A DNA stretch of 62,676 nucleotides, the filler included, from Sphacelaria rigidula (Eukaryota), in NCBI GenBank assembly GCA_964200075.2. It is 10 parts of 10 records of this genome, joined end to end, with 100 filler letters (N's around TTAATTAATTAA, not from the genome) between each part and the next. Parts side by side here need not be neighbours in the genome. Positions count along the whole stretch, not along the records: positions 25,114 to 31,291 come from CAXNAA020021712.1; positions 31,392 to 37,568 come from CAXNAA020021713.1; positions 37,669 to 43,845 come from CAXNAA020021714.1; 7 more parts are not named here. One strand, written 5' to 3'. The notes under the pieces are model-generated. The model worked only from the letters and a program-made list of their open reading frames with translations, did not search any database and was not told where the DNA came from. The position numbers were made by a program, and so were the translations under genes. Numbering within the stretch: the stretch's first letter is position 1; each line of letters starts with the position of its first letter. Shown piece by piece: positions 25,114 through 37,879 of the stretch.

Positions 25114-25845
25114 TTTTCACTTGAAATTGATGCCGATTCGACAGAAGACTAACCTCGCGGTCTAAGGGTTAATCTGAGTTCTGAGACAAGTTGCTTCAAC
25201 AAACCTACATACAGGCCAACCAAGTTCCCTGATTTTGAACAACAGGTCCTCAATTTTGGGCGGGTGCCGAGTTCAAAAGCTCGGCCGTAGTCATACTTCT
25301 TACTCACCTTGTGTTGCGTTGTTCGCTCCCCGTTATAATATCGACTCTGTGAGCTTACAGCGCTGTCCGAAACCGCCATTGACTAATTGGATTCTGTCCC
25401 AGTACATCTTCAGTTTGCCGAAAGTTGGCGCTGGGGAGGTGGGTGGTGAGTGGTGGGGGATAAGTATAAGAACTTGAACTGAGTACAGCTGCTGAGGCGA
25501 AACAAACAGAGGTTTGAAATTTGAAATTTCGAAAACGTGTCGACACCTCTCTGCTTTTCTCTGTCTTCACACTCAAATCAATATCAACCATGAACATTTA
25601 TAGCCCAACGGCGGTTAACTGTTACAGTGGTAATGGCTTTTGAAAACATAAACACGCGGCGCGACTCTCCCTCTTGCGATAAAACCCGCGCGCTGCCCTA
25701 TGCGTGCGCACGACCGACTCATCACACCTACCGAGGGTGGAGAGCGGGTACGCAGCCAGTAAAGCCACCAAAAAAGCTGTCGACCCGTCCCAACTCGTCC
25801 ACCAATAAAAGATGTTTTTGAGGAAAAGAAGAAAGGTCTGGCTCA

Positions 25846-25953
25846 GGGGATGGGGGGAAAGGGGGCGTACTCGTTGATTGCCTTAGTCATTTTACCACGC
25901 ATCCCCTTCAAGACCCGGAGCACCGTTCCTGCTTCTAATAGACATATAGACAC
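25846..25953 (-). mobile_element. Family A LINE 3' stub
   Basis: G-rich run then CGTACTCGTTGATTGCCTTAGTC...CCACGCATCCC (reverse tail). Confidence 0.75.
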
Positions 25954-26052
25954 CTACCTGCCCCCCAACATTTTGGCGCTAATTACGTTTTTTTCATACG
26001 TGACTAGCACACAAGAATATGTATGTTATATATAAAAAGTACACAACATCTT

Positions 26053-26385
26053 GGTCGCTCCGGTGGCTTAGTTAGTAACTCCGAATCCTTCTGACCGTTG
26101 GCTAGTGGGTTCAATTCGCAGAGCGATCTGGAATCTTTTCTCACGCCATGCCCTACAATAGAGAGCGACCATATTGTGGTGTTCACAAAAATCGACCGAA
26201 CGGTCGACGAAGGAAAGAGGCTGCTGAACCCCTCTCGCGAAAAAAAAGAAAAGGCAAGCATCGCAGAAGGAAGACGGGAATGTTAAAAACAAATGAAGAA
26301 GAAAAATCTCCTGTATTGACCTTCTTCGTGCATGACGCCGACTGGTGTACTCATATATATATACCGAAAGGTGCAAACTGTGTGT
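26053..26385 (+). mobile_element. tRNA-derived SINE
   Basis: GGTCGCTCCGGTGGCTTAGTTAG...GGTTCAATTC head; body shared with the other copies. Confidence 0.82.
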
Positions 26386-26822
26386 GTTCTCCACAAAAGT
26401 GCAAACTTTCACGCCGTTATTACGAGGTAGATCCTGAAACTTTGCAAAGATATCCTATGTAATATCTTTTACTACGCAACTTTCTACGGACGAGATTAAT
26501 TTACTTCTTGAGTTTTCCACCGATTTTCGGGGGTCCGACGGGATCGAAGTCATTTTTTGAAGTGTAGCCTCCATTCTGGGACCCCAGAAAACCGGCACTA
26601 CGATCTGTTTTTTCATTTTTTCGCGCACGATTTGTCGCCGCACAACCCAAGGAAGGGCCCCACAAAAATTCGTGGGAAAACGCGACCAGCTGATGCTTGA
26701 AATTCCACGTTCACGTCAAAGAAGGCCCAAAAACGCCGTTTTGGTACAAAAATCAAGTAGTAGTTTGCGGTTTCACCGCGGTACGCCAAGGTTCAACGCA
26801 CAAAATCGGAAAACCTCGTGAG

Positions 26823-27110
26823 GCGCCGTTTATTAGAGGAGTTGGACCCTGAAACTTTGCACAGCTGTTCTACGTTACGGGTGATTACGCAACAACTTTG
26901 GAAGCACGAGGTTCTTATTTTTATTTTTTACCGTTTTATGGGAGTCACATTGGATCGATGTTTTCCCGAAAAATGTGGACCCCCCAAACAAAAACGGTGA
27001 AAAAAATCGACAAGTAAGTATAAAAGCCTCGCTCTCCGAAAGTTGCGTAATGAACCATGGAACATCTGTGCAAAATTTCAGGGTCTAACTCCTTTAAACG
27101 GCGTGAGGTT
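26823..27110. repeat. Diverged inverted-repeat element (MITE-like); extra left end at 26403-26483
   Basis: CGCCGTTT..GACCCTGAAACTTTGCACAG versus CTGTGCAAAATTTCAGGGTC..AAACGGCG. Confidence 0.7.
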
Positions 27111-27726
27111 CTGCCGATGAGTGTTTTTTGGGTGTTCATCGTGAACCAGCTCGTAGGTTTTTGCTTCTTGTTGTTGTGCGCTTTTTTTTTTGCTGTGCGC
27201 GTTTTCCCCTTTTATTGCATGTTCAAAGGTGAACATTGTGCGCCGATTTATTATGCGTATTTTCGGTAAATATGCGCGACTTATGCGCCTTTTTGCGTCC
27301 TTCTTGAGGCGGTTCCTGGCGGGGTCCTGGCGGCACCGCCCATGGAACGTACCTTCCAGCAAGAAAAAAACAAGACGGCAGGTTGAATATTTCGAGATTC
27401 CATTTTTTTTATCAGTTTCACATCAACATAAAGTAGCTGACATACAGAACCACAACCGATATCAGACCCGCAACAAAGTTTTCGAAAAAAATCACAAACA
27501 CAAACGCCGCGACTCCACGAACCACCCCACATGGAGCACCCGTGGGCAGCTACTAGCTGCTGGACATGGGGTGCACAATCCCGTTGGAGTACTATATATG
27601 CGCCAGGTTATGCGTGAAACTTAGCTTTTACGCCTTTATTGGTATGCTGAAATCTCCGAAAACATCTGTTGTTTGAAAAAAACGCATATAATTAGGCTAC
27701 TTCTTATGTATAAAAAAATAAAACTC

Positions 27727-28138
27727 GTTGAAAAGTGCATTTTTTGCCCTTCTCCGTCGTTTTCCCCCCGAAAAAAAGAGGGCTAGGCGGATGCTGGCAC
27801 CTTGGAATGACTTGCTCTACTCGCCGAGACTGTTCCAGAGCACCTCTGCGTTTTCCGTAGGTCACGGTTTCGTTTTTGGTCGAACTTGCATTTTCAATAA
27901 CGAAGTGTCAAGTTACCAAAAAAACGTCAGTTCTCACCCTGTTTTTTTATAACTTGGTCGTTCGTTATTGAAAATGCAAGTTCGACCAAAAACGAAACCG
28001 TGACCTACGGAAAACGCAGAGGTGCTCTGGAACAGTCTCGGCGAGTAGAGCAAGGCATTCCAAGGTGCCAGCATCCGCCTAGCCCTCTTTTTTTCGGGGG
28101 GGGAACGACGGAGAAGGGCCAAAAATGCACTTTTCAAC
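27727..28138. repeat. Long inverted repeat (foldback/MITE)
   Basis: Arms 27727-27904 and 27961-28138, about 3 mismatches; diverged single-arm copy at 43350-43463. Confidence 0.92.
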
Positions 28139-28251
28139 AATATTCACTTTTTGGTACTACATAAGAAGTAGCCTTACGCGCAAAACCCCGTTTTATGCGA
28201 AAATGCGTGCGCGCATAAAAAGCAAGAGCCTCGGAATTTACACGTATGATA

Positions 28252-29526
28252 CAGCATTACACGTTACGTTTTGGCAGAAACGTAACGTGAACGTAAAAAA
28301 AGAAACATGGTGAACGTAACGTGAACGTAACGTTAAATTTTCAAATAAAACCTGCACGTAACATTAAATTTTTTTCACGTGACATACGCAACGTAACGTG
28401 AACGTTAACTTGTCCAAACGTTAAAATCACGTAATATGAATCGTTTGATGTAGTGTGTAACGTCTACTACACTACACCTTACACGTTACATGAAACATCA
28501 TACGTACGTCACATGAAGCGATGAAATTTCAAGTTTTGAAATCCTAGAAGATTGTGCTTCAATAAACACGAGTGAATACGAATGACCATGGTGTAGGTAC
28601 GGTATACTGCTGCAGCAAGTTCGCGCGCTCCGCACCACACCTCACATTCCAAGTTACCGTTGCAGCACTGCTGCATCATAACATCATAATCATTTCGACC
28701 ACATTCACATCGAGTGAACGGGTGTAACGTACGCGTTCACATGCACCAGTACATGACATGGATCCAGGGGGGGATCGGCGGGGCCACAACTAGGGGGTGC
28801 CCCAGGCTCCAGCCAAACTCGCCTGCCTTGACTAACGGCAAAAACGTCATCTGCCGAGTCTTGACGCCGAAGGGAGGCCGGTGCGGCCACCTCATGAGAT
28901 ACGTCGTGAAATGCCAGGACGACCCAAGCCGGCGTTCAAGCCGGCGTTCAATCGTGTTCACGAACTGTTGTGTGTACAGTATGTGCTGTCGTGCGAAAGA
29001 CCAAGCATTCGAAAATTGAAGATTGAAAACACTAAGATGAAAAAACAAGAAGAGGATATAGGAAAGTTTTACGCTCAAAACGAAGAAACAACACACTGTA
29101 GAGAGAGTAACGTTACATGGTCAGATACTGCGCCTACGCTCAAAAATACGACGGGTCACCGTTAGCGTCACGTACACGGTAACATCACGCGTTACACGAC
29201 ACGTTGCAACGCCTTAAACACTGGTAAATGAGCCGCGACATGCACAGGATGAAACGTTACATTTGAACGTTACACGTGTCAATGAAACGTTATATTAGGC
29301 GTTACACATGATATTGAAAGGGTTTCATATTATGTTACATGTAACGAAACATAACGTTATTTTTTTTCACGTGATGAACGTAACGTGAAGGTAACGTTAA
29401 TTTTTCAAATGAAACGTTAACGTAGCGTCATTTTGTTTTCACGTGAGATACGTAACGTAACATCAACGTCAAAAACAAATGTGATGAACGTAACGTCAAC
29501 GTCAGCGTGCAACGTGTAGACCCCTG
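28252..29526 (+). mobile_element. hAT-like non-autonomous element with ACGT-rich subterminal arrays
   Basis: Ends CAG..TACACGTT / AACGTGTAGACCCCTG; dense AACGTAACGT motifs at both ends; central VIC-x9-CGHLMRY resembles a BED finger; no TSD found. Confidence 0.55.
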
Positions 29527-30049
29527 GGATTTTTCCGGGATAATGTTATGTCGAACTAACGCTAACCCGAACGCTCCCCAACCCAAGGCATTCCGAGGAC
29601 CCTCGGGCGGGGGGGGTGCAAAGTGTTCCCTAGACAAGGTATGGCGTTGGTATACCTCCAATCGGCGCCGCATTACCTACAATAGTAACACCTATTTCCC
29701 GGCCTGGTCTACAGAAACACAAGCGAGTGCTTTTGCTATGCCACACTACGGTAGATGTCGTCATGCGTTGTAATCCATAGTAATTGATCGACCACAAGAC
29801 GTTACATCTTGTCACGATGGATGGATCTATTATGACAAGATTTCAAGTCGTCAAAATCGTCAAAATGTCCCGGAAAATTCAAGAAAAAAGAGACGACTGA
29901 AAACTATGTTTTTCAGTCCGCCGGCGGGGGTGTACTCATGACCTTGCGTGCCGTTGTGATAATACCATTGACCTCGCATTCCTACAAAGTCGGGCCCGCC
30001 AGGGGGAGGGGGGGTTGTACTCATCATCTTCGCATACCGCAGTCATATG

Positions 30050-31158
30050 TAGAGGTGGCCACGATTGGAAGGAGAACAGAACCGGTTATAACCGGTCGTT
30101 GGACACCGTAGTAGGCGTTTACACCAGCTCCGTTCGAAAAAAAAATGGAGTTTTTTTCGGGTTAAGCCGGTTTAACCGGAAACGAGGCGTTCCTCCGGCG
30201 GTTAAACCGGTTCACCCGGTTCAATTGCTAACAAGTTTGTCAGTGAAAGAGGAGTCTTTCGCAGAGAGGAATCAAGTACTACTGGTGTTAGGATGACAAT
30301 ATCGCACAGTGATGTAATACTGCGCTTTTTTTAGGCAACACAAGTGGGCGTGAATTTCTGTTTACTCTGAAGATCTGTTTTAGTTTCCTCACGGAGAGTG
30401 CTATCATTATGTTGACTTACACAAAAAGTCTGGCCTGGCCGTCGGTGTTTCTTCTTGATAAAAGTTGTAGGATCATTGCGTCATCGTTCATTCTGTACGA
30501 CAGCATTGCCCAGAGAGAAGGCGCAATCGCGTGGTTCGCGTGGTTCGCGTGGTCAGCAGCGTCTACTGTTGTAGGGTTCCCTCGTCCGCTGTTTTCGCTG
30601 TTTTTGGACACTGACGCGTTGCACTTTTTCCATGCAGAATCGAGGGGAAGCCTTACTTCTCTTCCTTCCAATTTTTGGGAATTGGGTTACAGGGGCGGGC
30701 GGGATGTGGGGTGTAGAATTTTCCCTTTCGGCACCCTACGTTGGCTTGCACGCTATAGCTCACGCTGGAGGCTCTTCACCTGGACAGGGTAGCATTTCGT
30801 GCTGATTAATGCCTCGTCGATTCGTCCATGCTACTTTCAAGTTTCGAACAGCAGTAATTGAACATCAGCTGTTCACGTAGTTGCCAACACCATTTTCTAT
30901 CAAGTATTAAACTTGGTGTCACCAGTCACGGTGCTGTGCGTTCGACAGATGTTACACGGGTGCGGAGGTGTGAAATTGAACCTTGCCGTCACTGGCAATG
31001 GGTGTGTTTGATCGTACCATTTCCCCACGACACACAAACCACACGACAACAACGCCTAATTCACCTGCACTTCAATGGCTTGGAGGCGTTTTCTCTTGCA
31101 CATCAGGTTAAGCCGGCCATCGGTGCACCCGTCAAACCCGCAAGGATTTAACCGTTTT
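30050..31158. mobile_element. Possible hAT-like remnant with AACCGG subterminal repeats
   Basis: TAGAGGTGGCCA start and clustered (T)AACCGG motifs; right end unclear. Confidence 0.35.
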
Positions 31159-31291
31159 TTAACTTTTTCTGAGAATAACGCCTTTTACTTATTCTGAGAA
31201 TAACGCCTCCTTTCCAACAGACGTTATTTTTCTGCCGATGCCCACCCCCAGTCATATGACCATTGACCTCGCATCCCTACAAAGCCGGGAC

Positions 31292-31391
31292 NNNNNNNNN
31301 NNNNNNNNNNNNNNNNNNNNNNNNNNNNNNNNNNNTTAATTAATTAANNNNNNNNNNNNNNNNNNNNNNNNNNNNNNNNNNNNNNNNNNNN
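31292..31391. other. Artificial contig linker
   Basis: N44-TTAATTAATTAA-N44. Confidence 0.97.
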
Positions 31392-31732
31392 GTGTGGCGG
31401 GGGGGGGATCGGGGGCGGTGGCGGCGGCGGCGGGGGGGGGGGGGGGGGGGGGGGGGCGTGGTCACGAAGCGAACGTGCTCCCGCTAACAGTAGCGCTGAT
31501 GAACAACATGCTTACAGAAGCGGTTGTTTTTTTCTGTCGCTCGGATCCAGTGCGAAAGGTAGGAGGGCATCCGCGTGTATGTTCAGCTCACTCCGCGGGC
31601 GAAATTTCTCGTCCTCACTAAAACTCGTCACTTAAATTCGTCTTTGTGTCAAATTCGTCCAGAACCTGGTGATCGAAATTTTGTTTGGGCACGTAATTTG
31701 GCGTGCGGGGGAATTGTGGTTGTAGCGCTCAC

Positions 31733-34700
31733 CATGAGTCGTTCGAATCCAGCGATGCTGAGGGCTGCGCACTTGGTCCTACCGTGAGCCTTCACCGTTG
31801 CCGTCCGAGGCACTCGCCCCACCAAAGCCTTTTCTCCGAAGTAATCGCCTTTTTTTGCACGACGAGTCGGGTGCCAGTTGGCCATTGCCGCAGTGTTTGC
31901 TTGCCTTTTCGCTGTTGCGCGTGCGAGCAGAATTAAATAACACTGCCAAAACAACAACTCCGTATTGCCGAGAAATCTCTGCCGTTGTCAGGAGACCCCG
32001 GGCTCGTTTTTCCGCAACAAAATGGGACATCCGTCCCTGAGCATAAAATTGGTCCGATCCCTTGATCCCATACGAATGTATATACACTCTATTTGATAGG
32101 GTTTGTTTATGTTCCGGGTGAGTCATTTCGACGGTTTTGAGCATCCCGTGTAATGGAGGTTTCTACGTCAACGGCGGAATGTTACCGCACTACCATAGGA
32201 ATTTCGGGACGCAGGAACGACCACACGCAATGTCTCTTACACACATTTCCGTACACGTTAGTCCGCGTGATCGGGACGTCTAAGGTCGTGCTGTCGAATA
32301 GACACTGTTTTTCACCTGGTCCTAGGTGGCTCATAAGGACACTCTCGCCTTCCTCCAAGACGTAAGCCCTCGCCTCTCCTTCCTCCACAAAGAAAAATTT
32401 GAACAGGCTACGGTCATCGTCGCCCTCCCTGATGATAGTGTCACCTGTAAACGTCATATCCGACCGTGGGTACAAAGCTCGTAAATTTCATGATGATCAA
32501 CCGCAAGGCATACGAAGTAGTATGTGTATTCCAATACGTCACTTGTTTATTTTATCCAGCTTCACCACTTCCCCAGCTGTGTTCGTACACATACTACTGT
32601 ATGCATAGCCTTGGTGTTCCATATCTTCCATCCTCCTTTAATTGTTGTTGCTGTTTCTGTTTGTTGTTGTCGTCGTCATCGTCGTCATCGTCGTCGTTGT
32701 CGTTGTCGTTGTTCTTTTTGTTATTTCCTTTTCCCCTATTTTCACGACTATTCCCACTCTTTTCCTTTTCTTTCCTTTTCGTTTTTGTTTTTCCCTCCTT
32801 TTATTTTCTGTTTCTTTCGTCCTTCTCTTTTTGCTCAATTTGCTCCGTTTGTTCCCTCGCTCATTTTCCGTCATTTTTCTTTCACCTCTTCCTTCCTCAC
32901 GTTTCCTTTAACGAGCGTTTCTGTTTTGGTTCACCTTGGACACATCTTTTTTGTGGCTGTCGGCCGGATTTCCTCGGGCATAAGTTGATGTGCAACAAGA
33001 AAAAAAAAAACATCGATTGGACCCTTCCGCTTGATCCCAAAATTCGCTTTATTCAGACCATCCGAACACCTCAACATTCGCGTGTCTAATTATAAAATAA
33101 TCGTTGTGCAATTCTGTGACCGTCTAAAAGCACACTATACTTGAAAATGGGACTTGACGCCATTCGCACATCTCCACATCTGACATAACTCGACGCTCAT
33201 TCGTTGGTTATCGATAGGTGTACCGAACTTCTCGATGATCACCGGAAAATCTCTCCGAGAATTGTCTGTACACACACTTGTAATCCTTTACTTTCCTTCT
33301 TCGTTTCCTTCCTCTATATTTTCTCTTTTCTTCTTTCTCCGTGTTATTCCTTTTCTCCCCCTTGCTTCTTTCCTTTATTCAGTCTATGTTTCCCTCTTCT
33401 TTTTTTCTCTTTGTGACCCTCCGTGTCTCCCTCCTGCAGCAGTGCAGGGTGAGACTCCTTGCCAAGGTAGTGCGGCCTCCAGATAGCTAAATCGGAAGTC
33501 TACACCGCAGCCTGGTACGTCTATCTTTTCTTTGCTCTCATACATCTCTTGTGTTTTCAGTTCGTTCTGTGTGCCTTCTCGTTCGATACTGCTTCGCGTC
33601 TCCGAGCGTGTTTAAGCCGGTGTTTTTTTTGCCTAGGCTACACCTATCTCGCGATCACGTTTGCCCCCCTCGGGCATCAGGTCATGTGCCACAATCGACA
33701 GATCAAATTGGCCACCCACGGTACACATTTCATCGCGTCCACGGGGGAAGAGTGAAGCGTCCGTTGCGCAGCAATACTGGAGAACATGCTTGCCAGTAAC
33801 CTATAATCACTTGACTTTGATTACTGCCGCCACTTCATCCAGTGTATTTTGTCACTTGTGCTTGCCGGTCGCCTCGGTGGCTCAGTTGGTAACCTCGAAA
33901 CCTTCTGACGGTTGGAACGTGGGTTCAAATCTCGGGAAGAGCTGGGAGTTTTTCTCACACCATGCCCAACAGTTGGAAGCGACTACGTCGTGAGTACACA
34001 AAGTTCGACTTCACGGTCGACGAGGGAAGGAACCGCTGAACCATTGTCGCGGTAAAAAGAAAGGCAAGCGCCGCACAAGGAAGTTGGAGCGCTCAAAATA
34101 AAGGAGAAATAAAAAACTCCCGTGTTGGCCATCCTCCTGTGTCACTCCGGCTGATGCGCCCACATGTACCGAAAGGTGTAGACTGGCGTCCAGAATAGAT
34201 GGGATGACAAAACACACACACCACACACTTGTAAGAGTGCTGTCAGTATGCGTCCTTCCCACTAGTTCCACGCTCGGGGGTACTCGACGGTTGAAAGGCA
34301 GCTACGTTGAAAGACCGAATGGGCTAACCATGCCCATCCCTCTTCGAACATGTTGGAACTTCACCTTCATGGAGAACAACTTGAAGTTCTCAAAGTCATA
34401 GTCGTAGCTGTAATCGTTGACATCATTCTACACGATTATCGTGTCAACTCCAAAAACTATCATGTTTGTTTTTCAACGTCCATGTCTGCTCGCTCAACGC
34501 TCATTGGAAAAAGAACAATGCGGACGGCAAGGCTGGTGTTACCGTGACTGCAAGGTGCAAACAGATTCCGCTCGTTATATTCTCTAAGCAAGCTCAGGTT
34601 AAACGAGGTTTCATGAAGAGCAAAGTTGCGAAAAAAGAGCAACAGGTGCAGAGCAGTCGGTGCCATCTCTTCACAGGCGTTATGTTAGGTAAGAAAGAGT

Positions 34701-36536
34701 CAAGATCGTGCGTGTCCTAGAACCGCGTGTTTTTTCGGGGGTTTCGGCCAGGCAGCCATCTATTTGTCCATTGACTGAATCATAAACAATGTATCCGAGT
34801 TTTTCTCACCCATGATTACCCTGTGTATTGTATGAGTGATGCTATGGTAGGGGTGTACAAATACTTTCTGAGGTTGACCTAGTTAGGAGCTCTTCATCTC
34901 ATCCAAAACACGACTTATGAAATATGTGAGTGTACGCCAGGACTACTCTTCCAATGTGCTAGGGATATCCCGAATGGATTTGCAAATGGGGATGCCCTGA
35001 CCCGTATTTTTGTGCATCTAGACTCATTAGGAGCCCTTGAACCAGACAAGATTTTGCGCAAGAAGTGCATCCCTACCGTCGTAGCATTGTTCCATGCTCG
35101 GTCTGTTTTCTTGGGTAGCTTCGTGGTTTAGGCTGCAAGACCTGTACGACAGTTACACCCGCGGCCGCGCTGTCCTGCTGTCGCTCACTCGGATACATGT
35201 ATAACCCCACTTCCACAGTGCCAGCGCATGTATCTTTTTCTTACGCACTTGGAAGCCATCCTCTTCCTCGGGATGAGTCCGTGGTCTACTAGTCTCGAGG
35301 GATCAACTCATCTCTCCCCGTCACCCGCCTTGCATTATAGTGTCGCGGATTGGATCATGACAAAACACTCCCGCACCGCGTCAGCTGTCGTCAAACAAAT
35401 TTAGTCCACTACTTTTTGGTTAGTCACCTACTCACGCTTTCGACGGCGTAAATCGGATACTTCCGAACGTTCTCTCCACCCTAATGCTGACAGATGGACC
35501 ATTACACCACCGGTGCGCGGCGGTATATACTTACGCACACATATTAACTGAAAACCTGACACACGAGCGTGTGAAGATTTCCCGAAACTATTCTGCATGT
35601 ATCAGACCTGAAGCAGTTTAAGCTCTGGATTTTGAGGCAGAGGTGAGGTTGTATACGGCAGGATAGGCCACTGTCCGACTCACATGAAACTCGGTTCAGT
35701 ACCGGACATTCAAAATGTGTCGAATCGCAAGCACGTGCGTTTTTCCTACAACGAGGTAAAGCCACGAAAACCACCGGGGCGCTGCGGCATGTATTTACAC
35801 ATACATATTCCCAGCAAACACGACACACGAGCGCGTGCAGGTTTATAGAAACGATTCTGCGTTTATCAAACCTGGAGCACTTCATGCTCTGAATGTGAGG
35901 GCACAGATGCGGTCGTGTACGGCAAGAGAGCCTGCCGTCCGACTTAAACGGAACTTGGTTGAGTACCGGATATTCAAATGTGTCGAGTCGCAAGAACGCA
36001 TGTTTTTCACACGCGGAGGTACAGCCAAGAGAAGGCGGCGCCTTGTTGTGAAGCGGGGAAAATGGTCAGTCGGTCAGGTGCCTGTATCGTGGTATCACGT
36101 ATTTTCGTTCAACAAGTTCACTGTTGGCCATGTTTTCGGCAATACGACCGCAAGAGTTTTGGTTCGTCACTTCACCACCTTCATAGAATACCTACGGAAG
36201 TGTGGCGCGAAACGTCAGAGCCCGGCTCGCGCAGGATTGAAAGATGACTTCTGAGTACGGGTACATCGGCAGTTCGATCATACATTCAAGGTTTCCTGGT
36301 TACCTGTGCGCTCATGTGGAGACTGTGGTGAATAGTTCCCTGTGCACTGCGTTTCACGTCGTGGAGTCGCTCCAATGCTGGTCATGCAGGAAGTGTAGCA
36401 AATACATGTATCAAAACTGTTTCCCACTTTTGTGCGATGCGTTTCGCTCACCGTCGGCGAAAGTAATAGGCTCCACGGCATCCGCAAGCTGTGCTATTTC
36501 GGACGCACTCAGTTTCGCTTGTTTCAGGACCTCGAC
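31733..36536 (-). CDS. Cyclic nucleotide-binding domain protein (PKA regulatory subunit/PKG-like), internal exons only
   Basis: Exons 36536-36452, 32444-32316, 31848-31733 splice in phase to VEVLKQAKLSASEIAQLADAVEPITFADGDTIIREGDDDRSLFKFFFVEEGEARAY...GPGDYFGEKALVGRVPRTATVKAHGRTKCAALSIAGFERLM. Confidence 0.9.
33865..34227 (+). mobile_element. tRNA-derived SINE, full length, intronic
   Basis: A box TGGCTCAGTTGG, B box GGTTCAAATCT, TACC-GAAA-GGTG hairpin, (AC)n tail. Confidence 0.87.
35558..36007. repeat. Diverged tandem duplication, period about 264 bp
   Basis: ACACACGAGCG...AGTACCGGA.ATTCAAA.TGTGTCGA.TCGCAAG occurs twice. Confidence 0.75.
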
Positions 36537-37568
36537 CTGTACCGCCCATGGACATAACGAACGACCGAATGCACTTGTTTTGGAGTGGCGGTGAAGCCGG
36601 TGGACACACCCGTCATTGCATCTAACCCTGTTGTTTCAAACGATGGAGGTGAAACTATTGCCAGATAGTCACCTCTGCGATTGTCTACGCTATTTTACCA
36701 ATACGCTTGGCCCAACTAATTTGTACGTGATGTGTTGCTGATGACCTGTGTGTTGAATTTTCTGTCGTGTTTGCACATGATATGTATGTCGTCAGCTTCA
36801 GTCACGGTACTGTATGGCCAAGTACACAATTCTTGCAGCTTCCCCCAGGGGGTCCGGAAAATATGTATATTGACCAACATCCCTACCCCCTACCCCCCCC
36901 GGAGGGCCGAAGAACAAGAAATTACCTGCCAATTTTATTTCAAAGCCAAAAGTCGGCTAAATCGCGCGCAGGGCGGAAGTCAGGCCAAGGAGGAAACTGT
37001 GCAAGCATATCGCATGGTTCGGCGCCTCGTGAGCTATTCTAGACATAATTTCACCACGCAGTCTGCACACTAGTCAACCTCTCAACCTGTAGTAGTAAGT
37101 GTTTGTGACGTTGAACTCGTTCTCAATATTACAGCCAAAGCTTTCCTCCATTGCCCTGCAGGACCCGCCGGAGAAGTGTTGTACGCGTACGCAAGAACTG
37201 CCTCAACATTTCGCAACTTTTGGCCCGCGAATGGCTGAAGCACCTCGAAATAGCGCTCGTCATCCACCTGGATGTGTTTGAGCCAAGACACAACCTCTAT
37301 CGTTGTCTGACCGGATGTAGCTGCAGCTACAGCCACATGTTGCTGTGTATCGCTCATGATCTCAGTGGCGGGACCTTGGTCGGTCTGCAGCGCGTGAGAC
37401 ACCCTCGCGCTGGCCGACGGGGGGTTTCGCGGTGAAGGCTACGTGCTTGTACCCTCCCTCGGGTCTGCCCCGTTCCATTTATGTAGGAATTTGAGTACTC
37501 AGGATTTATATAGGAGTTATATGACATTATGGGGGGGGGGGGGGTACTCATGATCATGCATGCCATAG

Positions 37569-37668
37569 NNNNNNNNNNNNNNNNNNNNNNNNNNNNNNNN
37601 NNNNNNNNNNNNTTAATTAATTAANNNNNNNNNNNNNNNNNNNNNNNNNNNNNNNNNNNNNNNNNNNN
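37569..37668. other. Artificial contig linker
   Basis: N44-TTAATTAATTAA-N44. Confidence 0.97.
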
Positions 37669-37879
37669 ACAAGGTCTCAAGATTGCTCCAAGGGCTTCCT
37701 CCCTCACTAGGGCCTGGAGACTTCAAGACAGTTGTTATTCATAAACACACAGCCTTCGTTATCGGAAGTAACCACATGCGCGAAGCATGTGATGTTCAAA
37801 TCCACATAGTCTGCCGATCACACCCGCAAGTCCGTCAACCAATAGGAAACGCCTACAGCAGATTGTTTCACTTGTAGAT

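Noticed and set aside
28300..28430. CRISPR-like array
   Set aside because: Irregular short ACGT motifs, no constant repeat-spacer period, eukaryotic context.
32466..33420. Membrane-protein ORFs (also 58153-58794, 62113-62664)
   Set aside because: Phe/Leu/Ser richness comes from pyrimidine-rich low-complexity DNA.
33871..33940. tRNA gene
   Set aside because: A/B boxes are present but there is no clean cloverleaf, and every copy continues into the same ~300-bp SINE body.
34146..34190. Hammerhead ribozyme in the SINE tail (CTGATGC...CGAAA)
   Set aside because: A9 is missing, other copies read CTGGTGC, and GAAA is better explained as a tetraloop.
34362..34426. Extra exon NDVNDYSYDYDFENFKLFSMK of the cNMP gene
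   Set aside because: Exons at 36452 and 32444 already join in phase into a complete domain; this segment would break the phase.
15405..36536. Kinesin-FTO-cNMP gene cluster
   Set aside because: The genes lie on separate contigs that are adjacent only because of size sorting.
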